Assembly (NCBI GenBank): GCA_965200965.1
Contig: OZ241744.1
Span: 2,976,001 to 3,040,000, forward strand
Origin: an uncultured Candidatus Binatia bacterium
GTDB taxonomy: Bacteria > Desulfobacterota > Binatia > Bin18
DNA: 64,000 nt
Reading direction: 5' to 3'
Shown in pieces: positions 1 through 10,243 of this stretch; within the stretch, counting starts at the first letter, position 1; each line of letters opens with the position of its first letter. The notes under the pieces were generated by a model. The model was not told where the DNA came from. It searched no databases and saw only the letters and a list, made by a program, of their open reading frames with translations. The position numbers were made by a program, and so were the translations under genes.

Positions 1-1
1 C

Positions 2-604
2 ATCTCTTCCAGCGACATCTGGCGGCTGGCCCAGGAGGAGGTAGCCCACCCCTGGTTCAGGGATGGTGAGCCGCCGGTTATTCTGAATGTCGGGCGAGAG
101 ACGGCCGCCAAGGACTACCCCACCCTTGTTGAAGCGTTTGGGCTGGTGCGTCGTCAACTTCGGGTGCGGCTCGTCATTCTTGGGCACTTCTCGGCGTCGT
201 ACCGGGCAGGGCTGATTGCTCAGGCCCAAAGCCACGGGGGAGAAAGAGACTTGGCGTTTGTGGATTTTGACCAGCACCCGTTTCGGTACATGCGCCGGGC
301 GCGGCTGTTCGCGCTCTCTTCCCGGTGGGAGGGCTTACCAACAGTGCTCCTGGAAGCCCTGGCCTGCGGGACGCCCGTGGTGAGCACGGCTACGCCTTAC
401 GGGCCGAGCGAAATCCTTGACGGAGGGCGCTGGGGCAAACTTGTCCCGGTCGGAGACGCCCCGGCCCTGGGGCAGGCGATGGTTGAGACCCTGCAAGGCG
501 ACCGGCCAGCGGAAGAAGTGCTCAGACGCCGGGCTGCGGACTTCTCTTGCGAACGGGCTACCGGCGCATATACGGCTCTGTTTGAGCAACTGATGAGGAA
601 CTGA
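2..604 (+). CDS. Glycosyltransferase family 4 (5' truncated by window edge)
   Basis: Frame is open from base 2 (HPWF...VILNVGR...KDYPTL); GT4 motif SSRWEGLPTVLLEALACGTPVV. Confidence 0.9.
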   Translation: MSSSDIWRLAQEEVAHPWFRDGEPPVILNVGRETAAKDYPTLVEAFGLVRRQLRVRLVILGHFSASYRAGLIAQAQSHGGERDLAFVDFDQHPFRYMRRARLFALSSRWEGLPTVLLEALACGTPVVSTATPYGPSEILDGGRWGKLVPVGDAPALGQAMVETLQGDRPAEEVLRRRAADFSCERATGAYTALFEQLMRN

Positions 605-820
605 CATAGAGTACACAAAAATCTCCGTAAGCACCTGTTTTTATTGAATCCGACGTGGGGGGTAGAGGATCAGTTGAGCTTATGCAAAGATCGGGAAGTC
701 AATCTCCATCTTTTCTGACCAAAATTCCCATTTTGGCGAGATGGGGCGGATACCGCTCAAGGTCCCAGGCTTGCCCGTCCCCAGGGGCGAGGTCCAGCTT
801 GGCGTACAAAGGAGGAGCCT

Positions 821-1681
821 GTGGCACTGATGAAAGACTACGCCCATCCTGAGACCCTGGTTGACACCGACTGGGTCGCCGTCCATTTGCACGACCCGCA
901 GGTGCGGATCGTTGATGTGCATATTGACCCGACGCCGTACAGATCGGGCCATATCCCCGGGGCGGTTTTCTGGAACGCCCCTGAGACCCTGCTCAAACCG
1001 GACTGGAGCATCAATTTTGACAGGCAATCGGTGGAAGAGTTGTGCGGCCGTTCGGGCATTGCCAACGACACCACCGTCATCGCCTACAGCGACCATAGCG
1101 CGATAGCTCCGTGGGTGTTCTGGTTTCTCAGGTCCGTCGGTCACGCCGATGTGCGCGTTCTCAACGGCGGACGCAAGAAGTGGGTCGCCGACGGCCACCC
1201 GCTGACGACTGAGGAGCCGACCGTCTCGGCCGCCAGCTATCACGCCCAGGACCCCAACCCGGACCTGCGCGCCCTTCAGGACAGGGTCCGGGCCGCGGTT
1301 GGAAAAGAGGACCGGGTCTTGCTGGATGTCCGAACGCCCGAGGAATACCGGGGTGAACTGTTTCTGCTCGAAGCACCCCAGGGGACTGAGCGGGCCGGCC
1401 ATATTCCCGGGGCAACCCATCTTTATTATGAGGCCGCCCTCAACGAGGACGAGACGTTTAAGGCCGCGGACGAACTGGCGGCCCTGTACGCCGGCCGGGG
1501 CGTCAGCGCGGATAGGGAAACGATCACCTATTGCGCGGTCGGCATCCGCTCGGCCCATACCTGGTTTGTGCTGACCCAGCTGCTCGGCTATCCCCATGTC
1601 CGCAGCTTTGACGCCTCGTGGAATCTGTGGGGCCGGCTGCCTGACACGCCGGTTGAGGGGAAAGGAGGGGCCGTATGCTGA
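821..1681 (+). CDS. Tandem-rhodanese sulfurtransferase (SseA/CysA-like)
   Basis: LVDTDWV, GHIPGA in both domains, active loop YCAVGIRS; AGGAGG RBS. Confidence 0.9.
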   Translation: MALMKDYAHPETLVDTDWVAVHLHDPQVRIVDVHIDPTPYRSGHIPGAVFWNAPETLLKPDWSINFDRQSVEELCGRSGIANDTTVIAYSDHSAIAPWVFWFLRSVGHADVRVLNGGRKKWVADGHPLTTEEPTVSAASYHAQDPNPDLRALQDRVRAAVGKEDRVLLDVRTPEEYRGELFLLEAPQGTERAGHIPGATHLYYEAALNEDETFKAADELAALYAGRGVSADRETITYCAVGIRSAHTWFVLTQLLGYPHVRSFDASWNLWGRLPDTPVEGKGGAVC

Positions 1682-2922
1682 ATCGCTACCGGGTTCTTGA
1701 CCTGACAACCGAGCGGGGTTTGCTGTGCGCTCAGATTCTGGGGGATCTGGGTGCGGATGTGATTAAAGTCGAACCCCCGGGCGGTTCACCCGCCCGGCGA
1801 CTTGGACCGTTCTACCAGGATCGGCCCGACCCCGACACCTCCCTGGTGTGGTGGGCGTATAACCGCAACAAACGCAGTATTACGCTGGATATCACGACAG
1901 ACGAAGGCCGGGATATCCTGCGCCGTCTGGTCAAAAGCGCCCACTTCTTCATCGAATCCGACATGCCCGGCACGCTGGCCGAACTCGGCTTGGGTTATCC
2001 CGAGCTGGCGGCTGACAACCCCGGCCTGATCTACGTTTCGATCACCCCCTTCGGCCAGAACGGCCCCAAGGCCAGCTATGCCGATAGCGATCTGGTCATC
2101 CTGGCGGCCGGCGGTCCGCTGATTCTGACCGGTGACGACGACCGGCCTCCGGTCCGGGTCAGCGTGCCCCAGGCCTATCCCCACGCCAGCGCGGCCGCTG
2201 CCGCGGCGGCCATGATCGCCCTCTACGAATCCCTGCGCTCCGGTCAGGGACAGTACATCGACATCTCGGCCCAACAGGCGGTTGCCCAGGCTACCCAGTC
2301 AACCCTGCTGGCGGCTCCCCTGGGCGACGCCGACTCGCAGCGCATGTCGGGCGGGGCCAAGCTGGGCGACATTCCGATCCGCCTCATCTGGCCGGCCAGG
2401 GACGGCCATGTGGCGATCAGCTATCTGTTTGGCTCGGCCATCGCCCATTTTACCCAGCGCCTTATGAACTGGATCTGCGAAGAGGGCTTCTGCGATGAAG
2501 CCACCCGCGACAAAGACTGGGTCGGCTACGGCGCGTATCTGTTCAGCGGCAGCCAGGAGGCGATTGATGACTATATCGGCCTGACCGAACTGCTGGAACG
2601 CTTCACCATCACCAAGACCAAGACCGAGTTGTTGGAAGGCGCGCTTGAGCGCGGGCTGTTGATTGCGCCCATCACCACGACCGAAGAGGTGGTCCACAGC
2701 CCACAACTGGCCGCGCGTGACTACTGGCAGACGCTGGAGCATCCAGAGTTGAGGCAGAGCTTTGGCTACCCGGGGCCGTTCGCCAAGTTCAGCACCTGTC
2801 CGATCAGCTATCGCCGCCGTCCGCCGACCGTGGGCGAACATAACACCGAGATATATCTTGACGAATTAGGCCTGAGCCGCCAGCGGCTGGCCGACCTCAC
2901 CACGCGGAGGATTATCGCATGA
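1675..2922 (+). CDS. Class III CoA-transferase (CaiB/BaiF), probable non-catalytic subunit
   Basis: RVLDL...LGDLGADVIKVEPPGG, NRNKRS, GQGQYIDIS; usual catalytic Asp not evident (QAYPHAS). Confidence 0.88.
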   Translation: MLNRYRVLDLTTERGLLCAQILGDLGADVIKVEPPGGSPARRLGPFYQDRPDPDTSLVWWAYNRNKRSITLDITTDEGRDILRRLVKSAHFFIESDMPGTLAELGLGYPELAADNPGLIYVSITPFGQNGPKASYADSDLVILAAGGPLILTGDDDRPPVRVSVPQAYPHASAAAAAAAMIALYESLRSGQGQYIDISAQQAVAQATQSTLLAAPLGDADSQRMSGGAKLGDIPIRLIWPARDGHVAISYLFGSAIAHFTQRLMNWICEEGFCDEATRDKDWVGYGAYLFSGSQEAIDDYIGLTELLERFTITKTKTELLEGALERGLLIAPITTTEEVVHSPQLAARDYWQTLEHPELRQSFGYPGPFAKFSTCPISYRRRPPTVGEHNTEIYLDELGLSRQRLADLTTRRIIA

Positions 2923-4136
2923 CACACACCGATGCACTGGCCGGGGTCAAAATTCTGGACTTCATGTGGGCGATTGCCGGGCCGGCCTCAACGCGCATAC
3001 TGGCCGATTACGGCGCGACCGTCGTGCGGGTCGAGACCACCACCCGCTTTGACGCGGTGCGGACCGTCGGACCGTTTCATGGCGGCAAACCGGGGTTGGA
3101 GAACGCCGGCATGTTCTACAACATGAACGCTGGAAAGCTGCCGATTACCCTGGATTTAGCCAAGCCGGCGGCCCGTGAAGTTGTCCTTGACCTCGTCCGC
3201 TGGGCCGACGTGGTGGCCGAGTCCTTCTCGCCCAAGACCATGCAAGCCTGGGGCTTTGACTACGCATCCCTGCGGCAGCTCAAACCCGACATCATCATGC
3301 TCAGCACCTGTCTGATGGGACAGACCGGACCGAGGTCCAGGTTTGCCGGGTTTGGCAATCTGGCGGCCGCCATCTCGGGCTTCTTTCATCCCACCGGCTG
3401 GCCCGACCGACCGCCGGCCGGCCCGTTTGGCGCGTATACCGACTACATCGCGCCGTGGTACAACGCTACCGCCATCATGGCCGCCCTGACCCATAAACAC
3501 CACACCGGCGAGGGCCAGCATATTGATCTGTCCCAGGCCGAAGCCGCGCTCCAGTTTCTCGGTCCGGCCCTGCTTGATTATACCGCCAACGGACGCATCC
3601 AGGGGCCGGCCGGCAACCGCGACCGGAACTTTGCCCCGCACGGCGTCTATCCCACGCGCGGACACGATCGCTGGATCGCTATTGTGGCGGAAAACGACCA
3701 ACACTGGCAAGCGCTGTGTACGGTCATGGGCCGTCCGGAACTGGCCAACGACGCCCGGTTTGCCACCCGAACGGCACGGCTGGACAGCCAGGACGAGTTA
3801 GACAGCCTGATTGCCGACTGGACCCGCCAGCACGATATGCTTGAGGCCGAGGCACGCCTCCAGGCCCAGCGCATACCGGCCAGCGCACTGCGCAGCGTAC
3901 GCGATCTGTACGACGACCCGCAGCTCCAGCAGCGTCAACACTTTGTCGATCTGTCGCATCCCAAGCACGGCACTACCACCGTCGAAGGCTCACGCTTCAA
4001 ATTTTCCCGCACCCCGGCCCGGGTAGAGGGTGCCGCGCCGACCCTGGGCCGCGAAAACGCCTATGTGCTGGAAACCATCCTGGGCTACAGCCAGGAGCGG
4101 ATTACCGAACTCGTTGCCGCCGGCGTGCTGGAGTAG
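2919..4136 (+). CDS. Class III CoA-transferase (CaiB/BaiF)
   Basis: KILDF...LADYGATVVRVE, GAYTDY with catalytic Asp, GEGQHIDLS; ATGA overlap with upstream gene. Confidence 0.9.
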   Translation: MTHTDALAGVKILDFMWAIAGPASTRILADYGATVVRVETTTRFDAVRTVGPFHGGKPGLENAGMFYNMNAGKLPITLDLAKPAAREVVLDLVRWADVVAESFSPKTMQAWGFDYASLRQLKPDIIMLSTCLMGQTGPRSRFAGFGNLAAAISGFFHPTGWPDRPPAGPFGAYTDYIAPWYNATAIMAALTHKHHTGEGQHIDLSQAEAALQFLGPALLDYTANGRIQGPAGNRDRNFAPHGVYPTRGHDRWIAIVAENDQHWQALCTVMGRPELANDARFATRTARLDSQDELDSLIADWTRQHDMLEAEARLQAQRIPASALRSVRDLYDDPQLQQRQHFVDLSHPKHGTTTVEGSRFKFSRTPARVEGAAPTLGRENAYVLETILGYSQERITELVAAGVLE

Positions 4137-4189
4137 CCCGGGCAGCCGCGCTGCGACACAAGAAGGAACGGCGTTTTCTGGAGGTGCCA

Positions 4190-5338
4190 ATGCTCAAACG
4201 CCTGTATGTCAACAACTACAAGTGCCTGGTGAATTTTGAGTTGTCTTTTGCCCGGACGACTCTGCTTGTGGGCCTCAATGGCAGCGGCAAATCCACCGTT
4301 TTTGACGTGCTGGAATATCTGCGCGAGTTCGTAGTGGGTGAGGCGTTAGAAGATGAGGCGGATGTTGAGGAGATTTTCCCGTCCGATTCACTGACCCGAT
4401 GGCAGAGTTTCAATCTGCAAAGGTTTGAACTGACCGTAAGCGGGGGGCCTGCCGGAGTTAGCGAGGACTACCACTACCTCCTCGAACTGGAACACGACCG
4501 CGCCCGTCAACGCCGTCGAGTGCATAGCGAGACAGTACAGACATCTACCGACCTGCTGTTCCGGTTCGAGGACGGAGAAGTGAGCTTGTTTCGGGATAAC
4601 GGCTCAGCAGGCCCGCAGTTTCCCTTTGACTGGACCCGCTCCGGCCTCACCACCGTAGTAGAACGGCATGACAATACGCGCCTGTCGTGGTTCAAAAGAT
4701 GGCTTTGGGACCTGCACACAGTTCGTCTCAACCCATTTTCCATGCGCAGCCAAGCGCGGCGGGAAGTGTTCCACCCGAGGACGAACCTGTCTGACTTTGC
4801 TCGCTGGTATCGCCATCTGATGCAGGAACATCCGAGAGAAGTCAGTGATCTGTTTAACTCGCTGGGCCAAGTCCTTGACGGCTTCCGCGCCTTGGAACTC
4901 ATCCAGGACGGAGAAGTCGGCCGAACGCTCAAGGTCCGGTTTGCAACGGGACACGAGGGGGAGCCTCAGAAATCTTTTCAGCTTGGCTTTCGGGAGTTGT
5001 CGGACGGGCAACGGGCACTGATCGCCCTGTACACCTTGCTGCACACGACAAAGGGTCAGGCGACCACGCTGTGCCTGGATGAGCCCGGCAATTTTGTCGC
5101 CCTGGCCGAAATTCAGCCCTTGATCTTTGAGTTCTGCGACGCAGCCGAGGAGAATGGCCCCCAGGTCGTTTTCGCCTCGCACCACCCGGAGATCATCGAT
5201 CACCCGGCTATCGAGAGCAAGCTCCTCTTTCGCCGGGATAAGGGCGGGCCAACGCGCATTGAGCCTCTTGAGCGCACGACCCTTCCATCCTCAGAGGTCA
5301 TAGCGCGCGGCTGGGAGAATGATGAAGCGATACGCTAA
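4190..5338 (+). CDS. ABC-type ATPase (AAA_21/AAA_15-like), putative defence component
   Basis: Walker A GLNGSGKS, signature LSDGQ, Walker B LCLDEP, H-loop SHHP; GGAGG RBS before ATG 4190. Confidence 0.85.
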   Translation: MLKRLYVNNYKCLVNFELSFARTTLLVGLNGSGKSTVFDVLEYLREFVVGEALEDEADVEEIFPSDSLTRWQSFNLQRFELTVSGGPAGVSEDYHYLLELEHDRARQRRRVHSETVQTSTDLLFRFEDGEVSLFRDNGSAGPQFPFDWTRSGLTTVVERHDNTRLSWFKRWLWDLHTVRLNPFSMRSQARREVFHPRTNLSDFARWYRHLMQEHPREVSDLFNSLGQVLDGFRALELIQDGEVGRTLKVRFATGHEGEPQKSFQLGFRELSDGQRALIALYTLLHTTKGQATTLCLDEPGNFVALAEIQPLIFEFCDAAEENGPQVVFASHHPEIIDHPAIESKLLFRRDKGGPTRIEPLERTTLPSSEVIARGWENDEAIR

Positions 5339-5867
5339 GGTTATTGTTCTCGGCGAAGACCGCGCCCATAGAAACTTCATCCGTCATTACTTGAAGAAAC
5401 GGGGCTTCAACCATCGGCAAATCCATGTTAGACGGCAGGGGTCGGGAAAGCAGTTTGTCTTGGAAAACTATGCAACAGAAGTGAAAGCCTATCGTAGCCA
5501 AGCCAACCACTTGTCGCACGCCCTGGTAACGGTCATTGATGCGGATACGCAAAAAGTCCGGGACATTCATCGTTGTCTTGAAAAACGGTTACAAGGTGAC
5601 AGCATTCATAACCGTCAGACAGACGAACGTATCGCCGTTTTGGTCCCAAAGCGGAATATCGAGACCTGGATGGTGTATCTTCTGGGTAGCACCGTTGATG
5701 AAGAAAAAAACTACAAAGAGCACCAGCTAGCGAAAGACCCGCAAGCTCCCAAGCGGGCCGGCATCACCTTAGCCCGACAACTCGGACAAGAGCCAGGGGC
5801 GGACTGTCCGCAGTCGTTGCAGGCGGCAGGGTCTGAGTTGAAGGACCGCCTGCCTGGGCAACGATAA
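5319..5867 (+). CDS. TOPRIM-like partner of the ABC ATPase (DUF4276/RloB-like)
   Basis: VIVLGED, VIDAD and NIETW motifs; overlaps the ATPase 3' end. Confidence 0.65.
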   Translation: MMKRYAKVIVLGEDRAHRNFIRHYLKKRGFNHRQIHVRRQGSGKQFVLENYATEVKAYRSQANHLSHALVTVIDADTQKVRDIHRCLEKRLQGDSIHNRQTDERIAVLVPKRNIETWMVYLLGSTVDEEKNYKEHQLAKDPQAPKRAGITLARQLGQEPGADCPQSLQAAGSELKDRLPGQR

Positions 5868-5961
5868 CGAGTCACCTGTTTTGGTCCTCACCATCCCCGT
5901 CTTTGATTTCTTGTTCCAACTCAGGAATTTCTTCATAGCTGGGAAGGACCGGCGTGCTGGA

Positions 5962-5991
5962 GTAGGGTGGCCGGCCTTCATCCGGCCACCC
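5962..5991 (+). repeat. GTAG-type REP-like palindrome between convergent genes
   Basis: GTAGGGTGGCCGG-ccttcat-CCGGCCACCC; may also act as a terminator. Confidence 0.6.
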
Positions 5992-6016
5992 CCATTTTTG
6001 GGCGGATAGCAGCAGA

Positions 6017-7192
6017 TTATCCCACCTCAATGCTTGGGAGTCTCTCAATAATCCGAGCTTGCAAAACCTTGTATCCTTGAGCGCCAGAAAACTGGCCGCT
6101 AACGCCCTCAGAACCACTTTTCCAAAAGTCGGCACCCTCAACAAAGACGCCTTCTGAATTGCGTCCCCCCATTTCAAGCGGTGTCCTCATAATTTCAGCG
6201 TATCTAGCCGGATCAAAGACAGAGTAACCTTTCGATACCATTATAGCCAACACGTTGACCAGGACCGCATGTAGCTGGGTCACCCCCAATGTACCCTGCA
6301 AGTTGTACCGTTCAGGGTCCTGCATAGCCTCTGGAAGAATCTGCTTGATGCCTTCCCAATATGCCTGGAGAACCTTGGATTGCTGGTCTTTATCGCCGAG
6401 TGCCTGGAAAACCCCAGGCAGTTCCACCAAAGGTTTCAGCGACTTCGTCATACCATTGTTCTTGATCAAAGTATCACCCTTTTTGTCGCCCGGGTATCGT
6501 ATTTTGCCGCGCCAAATTTCCGATTTCGAGAGTTTGTCGGTCAACTTACCGGCCTCTACTATCCACGCCTTCCCGGTTTCGATCAGATGGTCTCTAACCG
6601 CTTCAGATTTCTCCGCCCGTTGCCCCAGCAACTCATACGCCAAGCCGGTAGGTATACTCTTGGCGTTGCTGTTGACCACATGAAATTCGTTCATTTCCCC
6701 GTCTCGGTCTGCGCCAAGCAGGCACACGAACGGCAAAGAGTAGCCTTCCCATTCCTCAGCGTTTTCTTTGTTTTCCTTGAAGAGAGAAACCGACGCTTCT
6801 ACTCGATGCTGACCGTCCACCACATACAGGCGGTCGTCAGGGGAAAGCACCAACTCAGTCTGCTCGGCCAAAATGTTGAGGTGGCAGCTCTCATTGAAGT
6901 CTCTCAGGTTCAGGAGAATCGCTGTGGGAAGGTCAACTCGACGATCTTCCAAATCCTTCTTGAGAGAATTGACCCGACCCGAGGTAGGCATACGTTGATA
7001 CCCTTCTTGATTGTCGGGCGTTCGACGATCAACCTCGAAAAGTTTGGCAAGGACTGGAACTGGTATGGAACCGATGGCGATTCGCCTGCCTTTTTGCGAG
7101 ATCCAATCGTTATCGTTATACCTGAGATCCGGTAGCTCTTGCACAATAATGGGTAGCCGGTAAGCCTCCGTGGTCGTTTTCTGAATAGCCAT
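6017..7192 (-). CDS. DGQHR-domain protein (DndB/ParB-like fold)
   Basis: GYQR, PTAILL, VVDGQHRV, EFHVVN motifs; AAAGGAGG RBS before MAIQK. Confidence 0.85.
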   Translation of the reverse strand: MAIQKTTTEAYRLPIIVQELPDLRYNDNDWISQKGRRIAIGSIPVPVLAKLFEVDRRTPDNQEGYQRMPTSGRVNSLKKDLEDRRVDLPTAILLNLRDFNESCHLNILAEQTELVLSPDDRLYVVDGQHRVEASVSLFKENKENAEEWEGYSLPFVCLLGADRDGEMNEFHVVNSNAKSIPTGLAYELLGQRAEKSEAVRDHLIETGKAWIVEAGKLTDKLSKSEIWRGKIRYPGDKKGDTLIKNNGMTKSLKPLVELPGVFQALGDKDQQSKVLQAYWEGIKQILPEAMQDPERYNLQGTLGVTQLHAVLVNVLAIMVSKGYSVFDPARYAEIMRTPLEMGGRNSEGVFVEGADFWKSGSEGVSGQFSGAQGYKVLQARIIERLPSIEVG

Positions 7193-7511
7193 TGCAGTTC
7201 CTCCTTTCTGGCATCTTGATTCAGGATAGCGATTTGAAAACACGCTGTCACTATTTGATTCGTTATTTTGCATCAAAAATTTGATTCACGAAGAGCTTTG
7301 ACGTTCTGTCGCCATCTGGTTCGCCTTGACTCTCCCCGCAAGAATTGCGACCTTGGGAGAGACAAGGAGGTCCGGTCATGTCCCCCAGACTGACGCCATT
7401 GGTCAAAGAGATGACGGACGGCGTGATGTTTGACATTTCGCAGACCGGCTGGGTCGGCCCCGACCATCGCCGTGAGAAGCAATCCTGAGCAGTCTGGTAA
7501 TAAAGGGAGGA

Positions 7512-8381
7512 ATGAGGATGAACACATCTCAGATTGGCGTGGTCAAAGACTTGTTTCGTTATCCGGTGAAATCCATGCTGGGGGAACGTCTCGGCGAGCT
7601 TGACATCGGCCCTACGGGCGTACTTGGAGACCGCGCCTACGCCCTGCGCGAGGCCAACGGCCGGGTAGTGACGGCCAAGAAGTGGGCGCAGATGTTGGAG
7701 TTCTCGGCCCGCTATGAAACCCCACCCACCACGGCTGGCTTGGCCCCGCTCAGCATCAGCCTGCCGGACGGGCGGCAGGTGCAGGCCGAGGCTCCGGACG
7801 CCTCGGCCACGCTGTCCGACGCGCTCGGACGCCAGGTCACGCTCGAGCGCGCCCAGAGCGAGCAGCGCAACAAGGCCGAGATTGATCCGGCCACGGTCTT
7901 TGGTGACGTGCCGCTCAAAGAGGCCGCGCCTGAGTTTGCCGCCAAGCCGCTGCCCGACTTTTTCCCCCTGCCGCCCGGCACCTTTTTTGACTCGGCCAGC
8001 ATTCATGTCCTGGCCAGCGGTACGCTGGCCCATGTGGCCACGCTGATTGGCGACGACGCGCAGCTTGAGGCGCGCCGTTTTCGGCCCAATATCGTCGTTG
8101 AGACCGCCGCCGGACAAGCGGGCTTTGTTGAGGATGACTGGCTGGAAGGCAGCCTTGAGATCGGCCGGCAGCTCACGATCGTCCAGCTCCAGCCGGCCCT
8201 GCGGTGCGTGATGACCACCCACCAACAGGAGGAGCTCAAGCGCGATATGCGGATTCTGCGCACGGTCGCCCGGCAGCATCACAACAAGCTCGGCGTGTTT
8301 GCCGCGGTCGGCAGGCCCGGTACAGTCCGGGTTGGCGATCCGGTCTTCCTGCTCAAAGACCCGTCCGGCACAAGATCATGA
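7512..8381 (+). CDS. MOSC domain protein
   Basis: LFRYPVKSMLGE, GDRAYA, RRFRPNIVV, RCVMTT. Confidence 0.9.
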   Translation: MRMNTSQIGVVKDLFRYPVKSMLGERLGELDIGPTGVLGDRAYALREANGRVVTAKKWAQMLEFSARYETPPTTAGLAPLSISLPDGRQVQAEAPDASATLSDALGRQVTLERAQSEQRNKAEIDPATVFGDVPLKEAAPEFAAKPLPDFFPLPPGTFFDSASIHVLASGTLAHVATLIGDDAQLEARRFRPNIVVETAAGQAGFVEDDWLEGSLEIGRQLTIVQLQPALRCVMTTHQQEELKRDMRILRTVARQHHNKLGVFAAVGRPGTVRVGDPVFLLKDPSGTRS

Positions 8382-9112
8382 CACTTGACGAACAGATTCG
8401 ACAGGCCAGAATTGACCTGACCGCGGCCCTGCGCTGGGCGGACCGGCTGGGGCTTGGCGAGGGCATCTGTAATCACTTCAGTCTGGCCGTGCCCGGCGCG
8501 ACCGATCGTTTCCTGCTCAACCCCCAGGGTCTCCACTGGTCCGAACTATCCGTCAGCGACCTGCTCAGCGTCGATGTGGCCGGCCACATCGTTGAAGGCC
8601 ACGGCCAGACCGAGCCGACCGCGTTTTTTATTCACTCCTGCATCCACCTCAGCCACCCGTCAGCCAAATGCGTCCTCCACACCCACATGCCGTATGCGGC
8701 CGCGTTGTGCGCGCTTGACCGCGGCCGGCTTGAATGGGTCAGCCAGCAATCGCTGCGGTTCTACGAGCGGGTCGCGTATGAACACGAGTACAAGGGCCTG
8801 GCCCTTGACGAGGCCGAGGGGCAGCGGATCAGCGACAAGCTCACCACCAACACAGTGGTCTTTCTGGCCAACCACGGGGTGATCGTCACCGGGCCGGATG
8901 TGGCTACCGCGTTTGACGACCTGTACTATCTGGAGCGGGCATGCATGGTCCAGGTCCTGGCCCAGTCCACCGGCCGGCCGCTCAAACGCCTCCCCGCCGA
9001 GGTCTGCCGGCGCGCCCGCCGGCAGTTCGAGACCGAACGCACACAGGCCCACTCGCACCTCGAAGCCATCAAACGGATGCTGCGCCGCGAGACGCCCGAG
9101 TTTTTGGAATAG
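8378..9112 (+). CDS. Class II aldolase/adducin family protein
   Basis: EGICNHFS, LHTHMPYA, LANHGVIV; ATG 8378 overlaps the upstream stop. Confidence 0.9.
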   Translation: MTLDEQIRQARIDLTAALRWADRLGLGEGICNHFSLAVPGATDRFLLNPQGLHWSELSVSDLLSVDVAGHIVEGHGQTEPTAFFIHSCIHLSHPSAKCVLHTHMPYAAALCALDRGRLEWVSQQSLRFYERVAYEHEYKGLALDEAEGQRISDKLTTNTVVFLANHGVIVTGPDVATAFDDLYYLERACMVQVLAQSTGRPLKRLPAEVCRRARRQFETERTQAHSHLEAIKRMLRRETPEFLE

Positions 9113-9180
9113 GGTCTGGCCAAGCCTGTTGTTGCCAGCCGAGACAATGCTATACACCTGATAAGAAGGAGGGACGATGT

Positions 9181-10182
9181 ATGGCAAAAGACTTTACCAT
9201 CTGCGTAGGAACGGTCGGGGCGGGCGTGTGGTACAGTTCAAACGGCGGGGACAACTGGCGCAGGAGCAAAATGAACCTGCCCTTTGCCGATGAGCCGGGT
9301 GAAATCCAAATACGGGCCCTGGCCGTTTCGCCCCACAACCCGAGCCAGATCTATGCCGGCTCTGAGGCCGGCATCTACCGCAGCAACGACCGGGGAGCGA
9401 GCTGGGACTATATTGAGTCGCCCATGTACGGCAAGCAGATCTGGTCGGTGGCGGTCAGCCCGGACGATCCAAACGAGGTGTGGACCGGCACCAAACCGCC
9501 GGCCGTGTACCGTACCACAGACGGGGGCCAGACCTGGGAGCGGGCCGCGGTCGAGACGGCCAAGGAATGCCTGGCCGGTGCTCCCAAGGTGACGAACATT
9601 ACCTTTGACCCCCGGGACTCCAGAACGCTGTGGGTTGGGGTTGAGATTGACGGCGTATATCGCAGCCAGGACCACGGGGAGAGCTGGGAGCGTCTGCCCG
9701 ACCTCGGCGACAGCGTCCTCAACCAGGATGTCCACGGCCTGACCATCAGCAACGGGCCGGAGCCGAAGGTGCTGGTGTCAACGCCGGACGGCATTTGGTC
9801 CAGCCCCAACGAGGGAAAAAACTGGGCCTTGCACGGCTTTCCCCGTTTTTACGAAAAAGACCAGATTTCCTACTGCCGCGGCATAGCCGTCAAAGCCGAC
9901 GACCCGGATACCATCTTTGTCGGCAACGGCGATTTTGTGCCGGGCAAGATCGGGGCCATCCAGCGTTCGACCGATGGGGGCAGAACCTGGCGGGCGGCCG
10001 ACCTGCCGGTGACGCCGAACTCAACGATCTACTGGTTTGGTACCCATCCGGCCGACCCGGACATCATCGTGGCCAACAGCCTGCACGGCTATGTGTATAC
10101 CAGCACCAATGGTGGCACCTCGTGGGAAAAGGTTGAGCGTGAGTTTGGCGAGATCCGGGCCATCGCCTGGACACCGAACTAG
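9181..10182 (+). CDS. BNR/Asp-box beta-propeller protein
   Basis: Repeated S-x-D/N-x-G-x-[ST]-W boxes (SNDRGASW, TTDGGQTW, STDGGRTW); AAGGAGG RBS. Confidence 0.85.
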   Translation: MAKDFTICVGTVGAGVWYSSNGGDNWRRSKMNLPFADEPGEIQIRALAVSPHNPSQIYAGSEAGIYRSNDRGASWDYIESPMYGKQIWSVAVSPDDPNEVWTGTKPPAVYRTTDGGQTWERAAVETAKECLAGAPKVTNITFDPRDSRTLWVGVEIDGVYRSQDHGESWERLPDLGDSVLNQDVHGLTISNGPEPKVLVSTPDGIWSSPNEGKNWALHGFPRFYEKDQISYCRGIAVKADDPDTIFVGNGDFVPGKIGAIQRSTDGGRTWRAADLPVTPNSTIYWFGTHPADPDIIVANSLHGYVYTSTNGGTSWEKVEREFGEIRAIAWTPN

Positions 10183-10243
10183 CCCACCTGGGAGCGGCCA
10201 CCCGCTGTCCCGCCAGCGCTGAACTTCGCCCCACGGGATTTAT

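Noticed and set aside
6017-7192. Complete Dnd phosphorothioation system
   Set aside because: Only a DGQHR gene is present; no dndA/C/D/E homologs were seen.
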